DNA from: SAR86 cluster bacterium
GTDB taxonomy: Bacteria; Pseudomonadota; Gammaproteobacteria; Magnimaribacterales; D2472
Direction of reading: 5' to 3'
DNA length: 64,000 bases
Assembly (NCBI GenBank): GCA_029254395.1
Contig: JAQWXQ010000042.1
Location: 8,558 to 72,557, forward strand
This document shows, piece by piece, positions 40,481-50,553 of the stretch; position 1 is the stretch's first letter; every line of letters begins with the position of its first letter. The translations under genes and the position numbers were made by a program. The notes beneath the pieces are model-generated. The model made no database searches. It was not told where the DNA came from and saw only the letters and a list, made by a program, of their open reading frames with translations.

Positions 40481-42411
40481 CTCAAGCTCTGTTTGTTAGC
40501 GATAAGATCATCAACAACTGCAGGGTCTGCTAATGTTGAAGTATCTCCAAGGGCATCAAACTCACCCTCAGCTATCTTCCTTAAAATACGTCTCATAATT
40601 TTTCCTGATCTAGTCTTTGGCAGTCCAGGAGCATTTTGGATAAGATCTGGTTTTGCTATAGCACCTATTTCTTTTCCTACAAAATTTTTAAGTTCTATTC
40701 TTAATTCTTCAGTAAATATATTTTCTGTCATCAGCGTTACATATGCATAAATACCCTGGCCTTTAATCGGATGATCAAAACCAACAACAGCCGCTTCAGC
40801 AACAAACGGGTGAAGGACTAAAGAACTTTCAACCTCCGCAGTCCCAAGTCTATGGCCGGAGACATTAAGAACATCATCAACCCTTCCTGTAATCCAATAA
40901 TAGCCATCAGAATCTCTTCGAGCACCATCACCAGTAAAATAAATTCCATCATACATCTTAAAATAAGTATCAATCATTCTTTCATGATCACCATAAACAG
41001 TTCTTATTTGGCTAGGCCATGATGACTCAATAACTAAATTACCGGAGTTAACCCCATTTAATGCATTGCCTTTTTCATCATATAGAGCTGGCTTTACACC
41101 AAAAAAAGGAAGCGTTGCTGAGCCTGGCTTTGTTGGTGTAATTCCAGATATTGGAGAGATAAGAACAGACCCAGTTTCTGTTTGCCACCATGTATCAACT
41201 ATATCGCAATTAGAATTACCTACTATTGTGTAATACCAGTCCCAAGCCTCTGGATTAATTGGCTCGCCAACTGTTCCCAATATTCTTAAACTAGATCTAC
41301 TTGTAGAAAGGACAGGTTCATTACCTTGCGCCATCAAAGCTCTAATTGCTGTGGGAGCAGTATAAAAAATACTAAGATTATATTTATCACATACTTCCCA
41401 ACATCTTGAAGCCGAAGGATAAGTAGGAACCCCTTCGAACATTAATGTTGTTGTTCCATTAGACAGAGGCCCATACAAAATATACGTATGGCCGGTTATC
41501 CATCCAACATCTGCAGTGCACCAATATTTATCATCAGGCCTTATCCCAAAGATGTATTTAAAACTTATATGAGCACCAAGCATGTACCCGGCTGTAGAGT
41601 GCAATACTCCCTTTGGCTTTCCTGTTGAGCCCGATGTGTAAAGTATAAACATTGGATCTTCAGCAGCCATTGGTTCAATTTCACAAGTTGTTTTAACATC
41701 GGCAGATGCATCAGAGTAAGAGATATCTAACTTATCATTCCAAGGTATTTTTGCAGATGTTCTTGTTATAACCAAAACACTTTTTACCATACTGCATTTT
41801 GAAACAGCCTCATCTACATTCTTTTTCAAAGGGACATGCTTGCCTCCTCTAACACCTTCATCAGCAGTAATTACTATTTCACAATCAGCGTCAATAATTC
41901 TATCTTTAAGCGATTCTGGTGAAAAACCTCCAAACACCACAGAATGAATTGCACCAATTCTTGTGCACGCAAGCATCGCATAGGCAACTTCAGGAATCAT
42001 AGGCATATATATACAAACCCTTGAGCCCTTTTTTGCTCCTAAGTTTTTTAATACATTAGCAAATTTACAAACTTCATCATGTAGCTCTTGAAATGTAATT
42101 TCTTTAGAGTCACCAATTTCATCACCTTCCCAAATAATTGCAGTTTTTTGTGCGCTATTTTTTAAGTGCCTGTCTATGCAGTTATAACTAACATTAAGTT
42201 CTCCGCCACTAAACCAACTTGTATCTGAAAACTTACCATTATGAGTCTCATCGAAGTCCTTGCTCCATGAAAGATTGTCTTTAGCTAATTTAGCAAAAAA
42301 ATGATTAGGGCTTTCAATCGATTGTTTATACATAGACTGAAATTCTTCCATGCTACCCAAGTGGGGATTTTTAACATGAGATTTCGGGTTATATATTTTT
42401 TCTTCTGTCAC
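40477..42411 (-). CDS. acs: acetyl-CoA synthetase
   Basis: 644-aa ORF with the AMP-binding motif [18 protein letters not shown], and a C-terminal [11 protein letters not shown]. Confidence 0.95.
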   Translation of the reverse strand: MTEEKIYNPKSHVKNPHLGSMEEFQSMYKQSIESPNHFFAKLAKDNLSWSKDFDETHNGKFSDTSWFSGGELNVSYNCIDRHLKNSAQKTAIIWEGDEIGDSKEITFQELHDEVCKFANVLKNLGAKKGSRVCIYMPMIPEVAYAMLACTRIGAIHSVVFGGFSPESLKDRIIDADCEIVITADEGVRGGKHVPLKKNVDEAVSKCSMVKSVLVITRTSAKIPWNDKLDISYSDASADVKTTCEIEPMAAEDPMFILYTSGSTGKPKGVLHSTAGYMLGAHISFKYIFGIRPDDKYWCTADVGWITGHTYILYGPLSNGTTTLMFEGVPTYPSASRCWEVCDKYNLSIFYTAPTAIRALMAQGNEPVLSTSRSSLRILGTVGEPINPEAWDWYYTIVGNSNCDIVDTWWQTETGSVLISPISGITPTKPGSATLPFFGVKPALYDEKGNALNGVNSGNLVIESSWPSQIRTVYGDHERMIDTYFKMYDGIYFTGDGARRDSDGYYWITGRVDDVLNVSGHRLGTAEVESSLVLHPFVAEAAVVGFDHPIKGQGIYAYVTLMTENIFTEELRIELKNFVGKEIGAIAKPDLIQNAPGLPKTRSGKIMRRILRKIAEGEFDALGDTSTLADPAVVDDLIANKQSLS

Positions 42412-42414
42412 AAC

Positions 42415-43080
42415 TCAAATAATAGATGGTTGAGGATTTATAAAATTTTTGCCTTTAGGGTTTGACATAATTTTTGTTATCAAAGATTCATAATCACCAT
42501 CATTTGATTCTAAATTTATGTCTGCTGCATTAATAATAAGCAGAGGGGACTCTTCGTAATATAGAAAGAATCTTGAGTAAGCATCATTCAATCTTTCTAA
42601 ATAGTCTAGAGTAAGGAATTGCTCATTAATATTTCCCCTTTTAGTAATTCTATTTTTTAAAACATCTATTGGTGCTTGAAGATATATAACTAGATCTGGA
42701 GTAGGAGCATCTATAGTTAGGTGATCATACACATTGTCATACAACTTCATTTCCTCTTGCGAAAGAGTTACTTCAGCAAAAAGCCTATCTTTTTGTATTA
42801 AAAAATCAGCGACTCTGACACTTTCAAATAAACTTCTCTGCTTAAGATCTTGAATCTGCTGCATTCTTTGAAATAAAAAGAATAGCTGGGTAGCAAGAGC
42901 TGATTGGCTTGGGTTTTTATAGAAATTTTTTAAAAAAGGGTTTTCTGCCGGACTTTCTAGAAATGCATCATAGTTAAATGTATTAGCGATCTTGTTAGCA
43001 AGAGTTGTTTTACCAACCCCTATTGGACCTTCAACAGCTATGTATTTTGGAAGTGGTGCCTCTTCAAATGCTGGATTCAT
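42415..43080 (-). CDS. deoxynucleoside kinase family protein
   Basis: 221-aa ORF with P-loop EGPIGVGKTTL and dNK-like blocks (E....NPFL..FY, DR). Confidence 0.75.
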   Translation of the reverse strand: MNPAFEEAPLPKYIAVEGPIGVGKTTLANKIANTFNYDAFLESPAENPFLKNFYKNPSQSALATQLFFLFQRMQQIQDLKQRSLFESVRVADFLIQKDRLFAEVTLSQEEMKLYDNVYDHLTIDAPTPDLVIYLQAPIDVLKNRITKRGNINEQFLTLDYLERLNDAYSRFFLYYEESPLLIINAADINLESNDGDYESLITKIMSNPKGKNFINPQPSII

Positions 43081-43106
43081 CTAATTAAAATTTATTTTCT
43101 ATTAGA

Positions 43107-44333
43107 TTATCTCAACTCCTCGGAGAATCCAAATTTTTTGAATGAATCTTCATCACTTTTTTCTTTAATTGAATCTATGAGCTTCCTTTTTAGTGCATCA
43201 TCGTCTTTTTGAAAGCTATCCCACCAATCGCCTGGACCGGCTTTTATTTTCGCGGCTCTTTCTCTAACTAGCATAAAATCAAATGCTGCCCTAAATCTAG
43301 GATGTTTAATAAGTTTATAAGGCTGATTTCCAATTCTGCTATGAAGTTTCAGCTGAAGAACCCAAATATCTTTTATGTAATTATAAAACTTTCTTGGTAT
43401 TGCAGTCTTTTGTTGTTGGTTTTTTAAGATCTTGTCCATAGATCTAAAGAATTTTCGAATATTTATTCCGTCTTTATTGGAACATTCTTTCAACAAGGCT
43501 GGCCACAGGAGGGCAGCAACTAAAAACCCAGGAGTCTTAGATTGATTATTCTTAACTCTGGAGTCTGTATTTTTAACTGCTTCCAGCATAACTTTCTTGG
43601 CGTAATCATTATCGGGACTGGCAGCAACAAGATATTTTAAGAGACCATATGAGCCTAGTTTATTTAGATTTTTTTCACCGTCTCCGCCAAGGAAAATTTT
43701 ACAAAATTCATCAAACATTCTTGCATTTGATATATCTCCAAGGAGATAGCTTTTATCATAAATAGCATCTTTAACAGTATTTTCTAATTTAAATCCAAGC
43801 TTGGAGCTAAATCGAATAGCCCTAAGGCTTCTAACCGGATCCTCTTCAAATCTTTTCTGCGGGTCTCCAAGTGAGACAATAATCTTCTTATTTATATGAG
43901 TTAGACCATTGCTAAAATCTTGTATTTTTCTTGAAATAGGGCAGTAGTAGAGCGCATTGACAGTAAAATCTCTTCTCTTACAGTCATCCTCAATGCTTCC
44001 CCAAATGTTATCTCTTAAGATTTTTCCCTGATCATCTTTAATTATTTGATTGCTGCTGGACCCTGCATCTGATCTAAAGGTGGCCACCTCTATAAGTTCA
44101 TTTCTGTTAAAAACATGAACAAGTCTGAATCTTTTACCAATTATTCTAGAAGCTTTAAATACCTTTCTAACCTGCTCAGGGGTAGCACTTGTAGCTATAT
44201 CAAAATCTTTGGGAGACATATTGCACAACAGATCTCTGACACAACCACCTACAAGGTATGCCTCATAATTATTTTTTTGGAGTTCGTCTACAATTGAGAT
44301 TGCAAACTTACTGATCTTATTATTATCTAACAA
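43107..44333 (-). CDS. pcnB: poly(A) polymerase I
   Basis: 408-aa ORF with GGCVRDLL, DFDIAT and RRDFTVNALYY. It lies downstream of dksA as in E. coli. Confidence 0.9.
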   Translation of the reverse strand: MLDNNKISKFAISIVDELQKNNYEAYLVGGCVRDLLCNMSPKDFDIATSATPEQVRKVFKASRIIGKRFRLVHVFNRNELIEVATFRSDAGSSSNQIIKDDQGKILRDNIWGSIEDDCKRRDFTVNALYYCPISRKIQDFSNGLTHINKKIIVSLGDPQKRFEEDPVRSLRAIRFSSKLGFKLENTVKDAIYDKSYLLGDISNARMFDEFCKIFLGGDGEKNLNKLGSYGLLKYLVAASPDNDYAKKVMLEAVKNTDSRVKNNQSKTPGFLVAALLWPALLKECSNKDGINIRKFFRSMDKILKNQQQKTAIPRKFYNYIKDIWVLQLKLHSRIGNQPYKLIKHPRFRAAFDFMLVRERAAKIKAGPGDWWDSFQKDDDALKRKLIDSIKEKSDEDSFKKFGFSEELR

Positions 44334-44368
44334 ATCGTCTCGTCAATAGCTTCATATACAAAATATGC

Positions 44369-44947
44369 TTAACCATTTAGTTGTTTTTCTTTAATCTCAT
44401 CAAGTGTTTTACAATCGATACAATGAGTCGCTGTGGGCCTTGCTTCAAGCCTTTTTATGCCTATCTCATCTCCGCAAGAATCACACCAACCATAATCATC
44501 ATTTTTAATCTTATCGAGAGATATACTAATTTTATTAGTAAGTTTTCTTTCTCTATCTCTAGTTCTTAATTCAAATGCAAATTCTTCTTCTTGAGAAGCT
44601 CTGTCTATAGGATCCGCATATGTCTCACCTTTTGTTTTCAAATGATCAAATGTTTTTTGCATTTCGTCAAAAAGATGCTCTTTCCAGTTCAGCAAAACAG
44701 CTGTGAAATGTCTTTTCATAGCAGCGCTCATATACTTCTCTTTTTTCTTAGCTTTATAAGGAGCAATCTTTGATTTATTTGTGGTTGCAACAACTTTAAG
44801 TTTAGGCTTTTTCTTAGCTACTGTTTTCTTAGCTACTGTTTTCTTAGCTACTGTTTTCTTAGCCACTGTTTTCTTAGCCACTGTTTTCTTAGCTACTGTT
44901 TTTTTAGTTGATTTTGATTTTGTTTCTGTTGTTTTTTTTGCAGGCAT
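44369..44947 (-). CDS. dksA: RNA polymerase-binding transcription factor DksA with Lys/Ala-rich repeat N-terminal extension
   Basis: 192-aa ORF. The C-terminal ~130 aa are canonical DksA: a coiled coil with acidic tip (DPIDRASQEEEFAFELR) and the C4 zinc finger CDSCGDEI...CIDC. The N-terminal ~55 aa consist of KKTVA x6. Confidence 0.85.
   Translation of the reverse strand: MPAKKTTETKSKSTKKTVAKKTVAKKTVAKKTVAKKTVAKKTVAKKKPKLKVVATTNKSKIAPYKAKKKEKYMSAAMKRHFTAVLLNWKEHLFDEMQKTFDHLKTKGETYADPIDRASQEEEFAFELRTRDRERKLTNKISISLDKIKNDDYGWCDSCGDEIGIKRLEARPTATHCIDCKTLDEIKEKQLNG
44811..44900 (-). repeat. 15-bp tandem repeat x6 (TTCTTAGC[T/C]ACTGTT on + strand) encoding (KKTVA)6
   Basis: I counted six in-phase units (44811-44825 ... 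44886-44900). Units 4 and 5 differ by one synonymous T>C. Degenerate partial units flank them on both sides. Confidence 0.95.
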
Positions 44948-45001
44948 TACTTATTTTAGTTTTTTTAGGGTGGAGAAAATATCAGATAGAGGGCATATTT
45001 A

Positions 45002-46003
45002 CTAGCTTTTTCTTAATTTATTTAAGATTTTGTCATATTTATCACTAGATACTCGAGGTCCAAATGTTGTAACAACAAGCGATGAAGCAAAATTTGCAAA
45101 TGAAGAGCATTCTGACAAATTACTACCTTCTAAATAGGCGTGCATGAAAGAACCAGCAAACATATCTCCAGCTCCATTGGTATCAATTGGATCAATTTTT
45201 TCAGCAGGAGTATCGATTACTTTTCCAGCGGTGACAACAGAGCTTCCGTCAGCTCCCCTAGTAATTGCTGTAATATATTTTTTTTGTTTATAGAAAGAAA
45301 TCGCCTCATCAATAGATTGGGTCTGTGAAAATGCAATAGCCTCGTCATCATTGCAGAAGATCATATCAAGCCCGTAAGATTCTATTTTATCAAATCTATC
45401 CTTAAAAATTTTAACAAGGCCTGCATCAGCTAGAGAGAGTGCTTTAATAATATTTCCCCCTTTTAAACGTTCTAGAACTGAAATGACAGCATTAAAATTT
45501 TCCTCGCTTGTGACCATGTATCCTTCAATATAAAAAATCTTAGAGTTTTGGACTACATCATAATCAATATCTTCTTTGCCAAGGAACTCACTGACACCCA
45601 ACATACTTATCATTGTTCTTTTTGCATCAGGCGTTACAAGGATTAAGCATTTGCCAGTCGGAAGATCGCCATTTCTATCGCTTATTCCTATATGAGCTAC
45701 TCCTGCCTGCTTTAAGCTTTTAATATACATATTGCCATCTTTATCATCTGACACTCTGCACACATGGTGGCATTTTGATCCATAGTTAGATGCAGCAACT
45801 AGAGAATTTGTTGCAGAGCCTCCACAATCTGAAACCGATTCATAATTCAGGCTTTTGAGTCTTTCAAGAATTGGTTTTTGATCTTCCGCAGAAACAAGAA
45901 CCATTTGATTGGCCTCAAGACCAAATTCTTCAAGAAAGTCATAGTCGACCATAAACTGAGTATCAACCAATGCATTTCCTAGCGCACTTATATCGTATGA
46001 CAT
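45002..46003 (-). CDS. PfkB-family sugar/nucleoside kinase (adenosine-kinase-like)
   Basis: 333-aa ORF with N-terminal GNALVD and the C-terminal DTNGAGDMFAG signature. Confidence 0.8.
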   Translation of the reverse strand: MSYDISALGNALVDTQFMVDYDFLEEFGLEANQMVLVSAEDQKPILERLKSLNYESVSDCGGSATNSLVAASNYGSKCHHVCRVSDDKDGNMYIKSLKQAGVAHIGISDRNGDLPTGKCLILVTPDAKRTMISMLGVSEFLGKEDIDYDVVQNSKIFYIEGYMVTSEENFNAVISVLERLKGGNIIKALSLADAGLVKIFKDRFDKIESYGLDMIFCNDDEAIAFSQTQSIDEAISFYKQKKYITAITRGADGSSVVTAGKVIDTPAEKIDPIDTNGAGDMFAGSFMHAYLEGSNLSECSSFANFASSLVVTTFGPRVSSDKYDKILNKLRKS

Positions 46004-47290
46004 TTAAAATTTCTCCATAATTTTTTCAATTTTTGTAAGCGTTAAATCAATGACATCATTTGAATGAGTTGTAGAAATAAACCCTGCTTCAAATTTAGAT
46101 GGAGCAAAATAAATGCCGTTAAGCATGCATTGGGTCAGGAATTTTATAAAAAGAACATCATCTGTCGCAGCAACCTCATTGAAGTTTTGAGGTAGTTTTT
46201 CTGCAAAGAAAAAGCCAAACATTCCTCCAATTTGGGCATGAGAGAACTCTATACCTTTAGTTTGCATGATTTTGGACATTCCACTTAGGAGGCTTGATGA
46301 TTTTCTTTCAAGCTCGTCATAGGGATTTTTTTCTATCAAGAGCTCCAATAGCGCAGATCCGGCAGACATTGCCAATGGATTGCCTGATAAGGTACCTGCT
46401 TGATATACCGGACCTTCAGGAGCAAGATAATCCATTATTTTTTTTGAACCCCCAAAAGCTCCAACCGGTAGACCTCCGCCAATTACTTTACCCAAAGCAG
46501 TGAGATCAGGCTTTATATTAAATATTTCCTGAGCACCGCCCAACGAAACTCTAAAACCAGACATAACCTCGTCGAAAATTAAAAGTGAATTATTTTCACT
46601 TGTTATCTTTCTTATGGCTTTAAGAAATTCTTTTGATCCAGGAACAAATCCCATATTGCCAGCAACGGGCTCAACTATTACTGCGGCAACATCATCCTTA
46701 ATTTCTTCAAATATTTTAGTGAATGCACCTATATCGTTATAAGGAACACTATAAGTTAACTTTGCTAGGTCCTTAGGCACACCAGGAGAGTCTGGCAAGC
46801 CGAAAGTTGAGACACCAGAACCGGCTTTTATTAAAAGCGAATCAACATGACCATGATAGCAACCATCAAACTTTATGATTTTCTCTTTGTTGGTAAAACC
46901 CCTTGCTAATCTTATAGCGCTCATTGTCGCCTCAGTACCAGAGTTAACCATTCTAATTTTTTCTATACTAGGCACTGCTTTTTTGATTAGCTTTGCCACA
47001 TCGGTTTCTAATCCAGTAGGAGCGCCATAACTTGTTCCAAGATCAACCTGCTTTTTAACTGCTTCTATAATTTTTTCATGTGAGTGGCCCATGATCATTG
47101 GCCCCCATGATCCTATGTAATCTATATATTTGTTATCATCAACATCATGCAGGAAAGGTCCTTTTGCACTTTTAAAAAATATAGGGCTACCCTTTATATT
47201 TTTAAATGCACGGACAGGCGAGTTCACACCTCCAGGCATTAATTGTTTCGCTTCTAAAAAAAGCTTTAATGATTTTTCTATTTTATTCAA
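46004..47290 (-). CDS. hemL: glutamate-1-semialdehyde 2,1-aminomutase
   Basis: 428-aa ORF with GGVNSPVRAF, DEVMSGFR, and the PLP Lys in LGKVIGGG. Confidence 0.95.
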   Translation of the reverse strand: MNKIEKSLKLFLEAKQLMPGGVNSPVRAFKNIKGSPIFFKSAKGPFLHDVDDNKYIDYIGSWGPMIMGHSHEKIIEAVKKQVDLGTSYGAPTGLETDVAKLIKKAVPSIEKIRMVNSGTEATMSAIRLARGFTNKEKIIKFDGCYHGHVDSLLIKAGSGVSTFGLPDSPGVPKDLAKLTYSVPYNDIGAFTKIFEEIKDDVAAVIVEPVAGNMGFVPGSKEFLKAIRKITSENNSLLIFDEVMSGFRVSLGGAQEIFNIKPDLTALGKVIGGGLPVGAFGGSKKIMDYLAPEGPVYQAGTLSGNPLAMSAGSALLELLIEKNPYDELERKSSSLLSGMSKIMQTKGIEFSHAQIGGMFGFFFAEKLPQNFNEVAATDDVLFIKFLTQCMLNGIYFAPSKFEAGFISTTHSNDVIDLTLTKIEKIMEKF

Positions 47291-47353
47291 TTTATATGTG
47301 TCCTTGGAAAGGTCGTTATCATATCAAAAAATCAACACACATAAAAAAGCAAT

Positions 47354-47785
47354 TTAAAATTTATATACAGCTGCAAAAATGCCAATTATCAAAAATAGAA
47401 CAGGTAATTCATTAAACAACCTCATTTTAAAAGAGCTCCATTCAAGACTATTGCATTCAAGCTTATTTATTATTTGATAACAAAAAAGTTGGTACCAAAT
47501 AAGACCAAAGACAATGCTGATTTTTAACATTATCCAGTCCTGTGATAAAAAATTAAGGAAATTCCCTGATAGATATGCCATAAGAAGCCCAAAGACAATA
47601 GACAAAATACCAAGTGGTGTAATAAATCTTATCAGACGCTTCTCCATCTCCAATAACTGATTTTTAATATCTATATTAGAAGTCTCAATGTGATTTACAA
47701 AAAGACGAGGCAAATAAAATATTCCGGCAAACCATGCAACCATAAAGAATATATGGAAGGACTTGAAAATGAGATATAGGTTCAT
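47354..47785 (-). CDS. hemJ: protoporphyrinogen IX oxidase HemJ
   Basis: 143-aa four-TM protein. FKSFHIFFMVAWFAGIFYLPRLFV is the HemJ (UPF0093) N-terminal signature. Confidence 0.8.
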   Translation of the reverse strand: MNLYLIFKSFHIFFMVAWFAGIFYLPRLFVNHIETSNIDIKNQLLEMEKRLIRFITPLGILSIVFGLLMAYLSGNFLNFLSQDWIMLKISIVFGLIWYQLFCYQIINKLECNSLEWSSFKMRLFNELPVLFLIIGIFAAVYKF

Positions 47786-47863
47786 ATCTAATATTCTATA
47801 CTGTTATGAAAATTTATTCTGTTAAGTAATAAGTATTATAAATGTAGTATATTAAGGGTAATT

Positions 47864-48208
47864 ATGACCACTGAGACCAATAGATCCATAGAACTTACAG
47901 ATGCTGCAATGAGCAGAATTAGAAAAGTTATGTCTAATGGGGATGATTTGCAATCAAAATTTAGAGTCTATGTAACTGGGGGAGGCTGCTCCGGTTTTCA
48001 ATACGGATTCAAATTTGATAATGAAGAGGCATTTGATGATGACATTATTAAGTTTGGCGACTTCTCTGTTCTTTTAGATTCAATGTCCTATCCTTATTTG
48101 TATGGCTCAACGCTAGACTTTAAAGAGGACTTGTCAGGTGCTAAATTTATAATTAATAATCCAAATGCCAAAACAACTTGTGGTTGCGGAGAATCGTTCA
48201 CTATTTAG
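47864..48208 (+). CDS. erpA: iron-sulfur cluster insertion protein ErpA (A-type carrier)
   Basis: 114-aa ORF with GGGCSGFQY and C-terminal CGCGESF. Confidence 0.9.
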   Translation: MTTETNRSIELTDAAMSRIRKVMSNGDDLQSKFRVYVTGGGCSGFQYGFKFDNEEAFDDDIIKFGDFSVLLDSMSYPYLYGSTLDFKEDLSGAKFIINNPNAKTTCGCGESFTI

Positions 48209-49295
48209 AGCTTGTAAGCGATCCCAGCAAAGCTTTTTTTACAATTTTATTGCTTATCTGAACGGTCGATTGGATATTGTTCAATCTCCTAAAACCAAAC
48301 CAAGCAAAAGCCATTGATTCTATAGCTTGAGAGTTAAGCCCCTCATCCTCAGCGGTAGTGACATTAGCGTCTAAAAGTTTGGAAATTCTTTCAAGTAAAA
48401 ACTTATTCTTTACACCGCCACCACATATGACAACATCATTAGGCAGAAAGTTATTTTCCTGAACTGCAACTTGAATTGATAAGGCCGTAAGCTCGGTAAG
48501 TGTAGCCAATATATCTTTTGGGGACTTAGATAAAAGAGGCTTACCAATTAACTCATAGTTAAATAGCTCTTTGCCTGTTGATTTAGGAAAGGGATCACTA
48601 AAAAACTTCAAAGACATGAGTCGCTCTAGTTCTTTTTCTAAAACAATACCTTTTGAAGCAACCGCTCCATTTTTATCAAAAGGCCTATCAAGATTTTTTT
48701 GACAGTACGCATCCATTAGCGCATTTCCAGGGCCTATATCGCTTCCAAAAAACTCACTTTTATTTTTAATGTATGTGAAATTAGATATCCCTCCAATATT
48801 TACAACAAGAATCTTTTTATTTTTCTTGTAAAAAATATCATGATGAAATTCAGGCACAAGAGGGGCCCCGTGACCTCCGGTTGCAATATGCATGCCTCTT
48901 AAATTATCAACTACAGGTATATTTAAATCTGATGCAACTATATTTGGATCTCCAAGTTGCATTGAGAATCCTTTGCCTTTATTTATTTCATGCCAAACAG
49001 TTTGCCCCGACAGGGCAATTCCTTTTATATCTTTCTTTTGAAGTCCACTTAGCAAAATAGATTTTTCTATTGCTCGAGAGTACATCTCACCAATATCTTT
49101 ATTTATTTTGCCCAATGAGCTCAAGGAGGTTTCATTAGACGCTATTAAATTTTTTATTTCAGTTTGAGTTTTCTTTGGAATTTTAATGCTATGAAAGAAT
49201 TCTAAATTCACCCTTTTAGATATTGATATAAAAGATACATCTATTGCGTCACAACTTGTTCCGGTCATGACGCCCACATATATTGATTTACTCAT
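48201..49295 (-). CDS. anmK: anhydro-N-acetylmuramic acid kinase
   Basis: 364-aa ORF with GVMTGTSCDAIDV, NIGGISN, GPGN and CGGG. Confidence 0.9.
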   Translation of the reverse strand: MSKSIYVGVMTGTSCDAIDVSFISISKRVNLEFFHSIKIPKKTQTEIKNLIASNETSLSSLGKINKDIGEMYSRAIEKSILLSGLQKKDIKGIALSGQTVWHEINKGKGFSMQLGDPNIVASDLNIPVVDNLRGMHIATGGHGAPLVPEFHHDIFYKKNKKILVVNIGGISNFTYIKNKSEFFGSDIGPGNALMDAYCQKNLDRPFDKNGAVASKGIVLEKELERLMSLKFFSDPFPKSTGKELFNYELIGKPLLSKSPKDILATLTELTALSIQVAVQENNFLPNDVVICGGGVKNKFLLERISKLLDANVTTAEDEGLNSQAIESMAFAWFGFRRLNNIQSTVQISNKIVKKALLGSLTSSK

Positions 49296-50553
49296 TCTTA
49301 TAGCTGATATTTTGATTTGTAAATTTACTCATATCATCCAACATTAATTTATTTTTTTCAAAAAGGATATCAAAATCTAGCTTTAATTTATTAGACAGTG
49401 GCTCCGCTGAAGGAAGCTTGATCTTTACTGGATCAGTGTGTTTATTGCCAATTTTGAACTCATAATGAAGGTGAGGACCAGTAGCCAAGCCCGTGCTACC
49501 AACATACCCAATAACTTGACCCTGCATAACCTTTTTGCCCTTCTTTACCTTGTTTTCAAATTTGTTCAAATGACAGTACCTCGTTGAGTAGTCATTTGTA
49601 TGCTTTAAAACAATTTCCTTTCCACAACCATTTCGCACTCCAACAAATTCTACGCTACCAGATCCTGTTGCTCTTACAGGGGAGCCGGTTGGAGCTGCAT
49701 AATCAACACCATTATGAGCCCTAATTGTATGCAGAACCGGATGCATTCTATTTGGGTTGAAGTGCGAGCTTATATAAGAAAATTCAAGAGGGGCTCGAAG
49801 AAAAGCCTTTTGCATGTTCTCACCGTTATTATCAAAGTAGCCTTTTTTACCATCTTGATCTATAAATCTATTTGCTACGTATGTCTTATCTTGGTTGGTA
49901 AACTCTGCTATTAAAATATCACCATTCTTTATTTTTTCACCCTTTGAGTATGGGGTTTCATAGATCACAGAAAAAGTATCGCCCTCTCTGATATCAAAAA
50001 CAAAGTCTATATCCCAGCCAAAAATGTAAGCAAGATCCATAATTACACTATCAGGCATACCAGAGGCCAAAGCATCCTCATAAAAAGAACTAGAGATAGT
50101 TCCGCCTGCATAAGATGAAATCGTTTCAATAGTATTTCTAATCTTTCTAAGCTCTATTTTTTGCCCGATTGATATCTCTATTGATGAAAGCTTATCTTTG
50201 ACAATCCCAATATTAGTAAGTTTGTCACCAAAATAAGAAAATATAATTTTGTTACCAGGTCTAATGTTAGTAATTAAATTAGCATCCTTAAGACTATAAA
50301 TTTTATATTGGGTATTTAAAGGAACTTTAAATTTCTCAAATATGATTGAGAGAATCTCACCATCTTTTACTTCGTAGGTTTGTTGCGAGGCTACTTCAAC
50401 TGGAATATCTTTAATACTTTCACTGTATATGATCTCTTCTTCGGCTGGAGGCTGATCAGAATTTAGATCCAGATAAAGAAGGAGGATAAGGGCGATTAGA
50501 AAGAAAAATATACTAATGACCAACTTTGTTGGAACTTTTCTAAAGCCTATCAT
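49288..50553 (-). CDS. M23-family murein endopeptidase (MepM-like)
   Basis: 421-aa ORF with an N-terminal TM anchor. Motifs are HNGVDYAAPTGSPV and GSTGLATGPHLHYE. Confidence 0.85.
   Translation of the reverse strand: MIGFRKVPTKLVISIFFFLIALILLLYLDLNSDQPPAEEEIIYSESIKDIPVEVASQQTYEVKDGEILSIIFEKFKVPLNTQYKIYSLKDANLITNIRPGNKIIFSYFGDKLTNIGIVKDKLSSIEISIGQKIELRKIRNTIETISSYAGGTISSSFYEDALASGMPDSVIMDLAYIFGWDIDFVFDIREGDTFSVIYETPYSKGEKIKNGDILIAEFTNQDKTYVANRFIDQDGKKGYFDNNGENMQKAFLRAPLEFSYISSHFNPNRMHPVLHTIRAHNGVDYAAPTGSPVRATGSGSVEFVGVRNGCGKEIVLKHTNDYSTRYCHLNKFENKVKKGKKVMQGQVIGYVGSTGLATGPHLHYEFKIGNKHTDPVKIKLPSAEPLSNKLKLDFDILFEKNKLMLDDMSKFTNQNISYKNE

Noticed and set aside
44811-44900. Regularly spaced short repeats that might suggest a CRISPR array.
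   Set aside because: The units are contiguous with no spacers, only 15 bp long, and lie in frame inside a coding sequence. This is a coding tandem repeat, not a CRISPR array.
44781-45005. Plus-strand ORF with VFLATVFLATVFLAT repeats.
   Set aside because: It is the antisense reading of the dksA 15-bp tandem repeat. The minus-strand frame continues into an unmistakable DksA domain.
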